Source: Catajapyx aquilonaris
Taxonomy: Eukaryota
Length of the DNA: 34,085 nt
Direction: 5' to 3'
Assembly: GCA_000934665.2 (NCBI GenBank)
Contig: KZ539086.1
Coordinates: forward strand, 1-34,085
This document shows positions 33,989 through 34,085 of the stretch, one piece after another. Below the pieces are notes generated by a model. It saw nothing but the letters and a program-made list of their open reading frames with translations. It searched no databases and had not been told where the DNA came from. How positions within the stretch are numbered: position 1 is the stretch's first letter; every line of letters begins with the position of its first letter. A program made the translations under genes and the position numbers.

Positions 33989-34085
33989 GCGGTGGCCTGG
34001 GCGGAACTCGTAGGGGTGGGCCTGAGGTGAACATAAAGCACTCGGGGAGGGAAGACAATGAGCGTGAGAGGGAGCGATATCGCGA
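33989..34085 (+). CDS. SNRNP70: SNRNP70 coding exon 7, truncated by window end ([32 protein letters not shown]...)
   Basis: Acceptor tctctttttcttcaatAG at 33988. Conserved [11 protein letters not shown] motif and the start of the RE/RD-rich low-complexity region; no stop inside the window. Confidence 0.97.

Noticed and set aside
1..34085. CRISPR array or prokaryotic operon
   Set aside because: Spliceosomal introns, SINEs and MITEs show eukaryotic DNA; no regularly spaced repeat-spacer array.

Overview
Eukaryotic (animal, most likely non-insect arthropod-like) genomic DNA with one assembly gap. The right third holds the intron-containing gene for U1 snRNP 70 kDa protein (SNRNP70/U1-70K, + strand, 7 coding exons from ATG 23302, running off the window end), which the supplied ORF track misses because it is spliced. 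The left 20 kb has no recognisable protein gene and is a mosaic of short non-autonomous elements: tRNA-derived SINEs, Tc1/mariner-, pogo-, hAT-, Harbinger- and Ginger-like MITEs, and a Helitron. Two things stand out. (1) A ~1.25 kb GC-rich segment (about 20880-22132) just downstream of a DRE/CRE/YY1 promoter-like module. It can be folded by eye into many bulged helices whose wobble pairs mostly read G-U on the + strand, so it is a candidate large structured ncRNA of unknown family. (2) The SNRNP70 intron equivalent to the vertebrate autoregulatory intron carries a dense cluster of unused GTAAGT U1-binding sites, plus several cryptic acceptors that create a stop codon exactly at the junction. 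This suggests a U1-sensing poison-exon feedback circuit. All alignments and folds were done by eye; no database searches were run.
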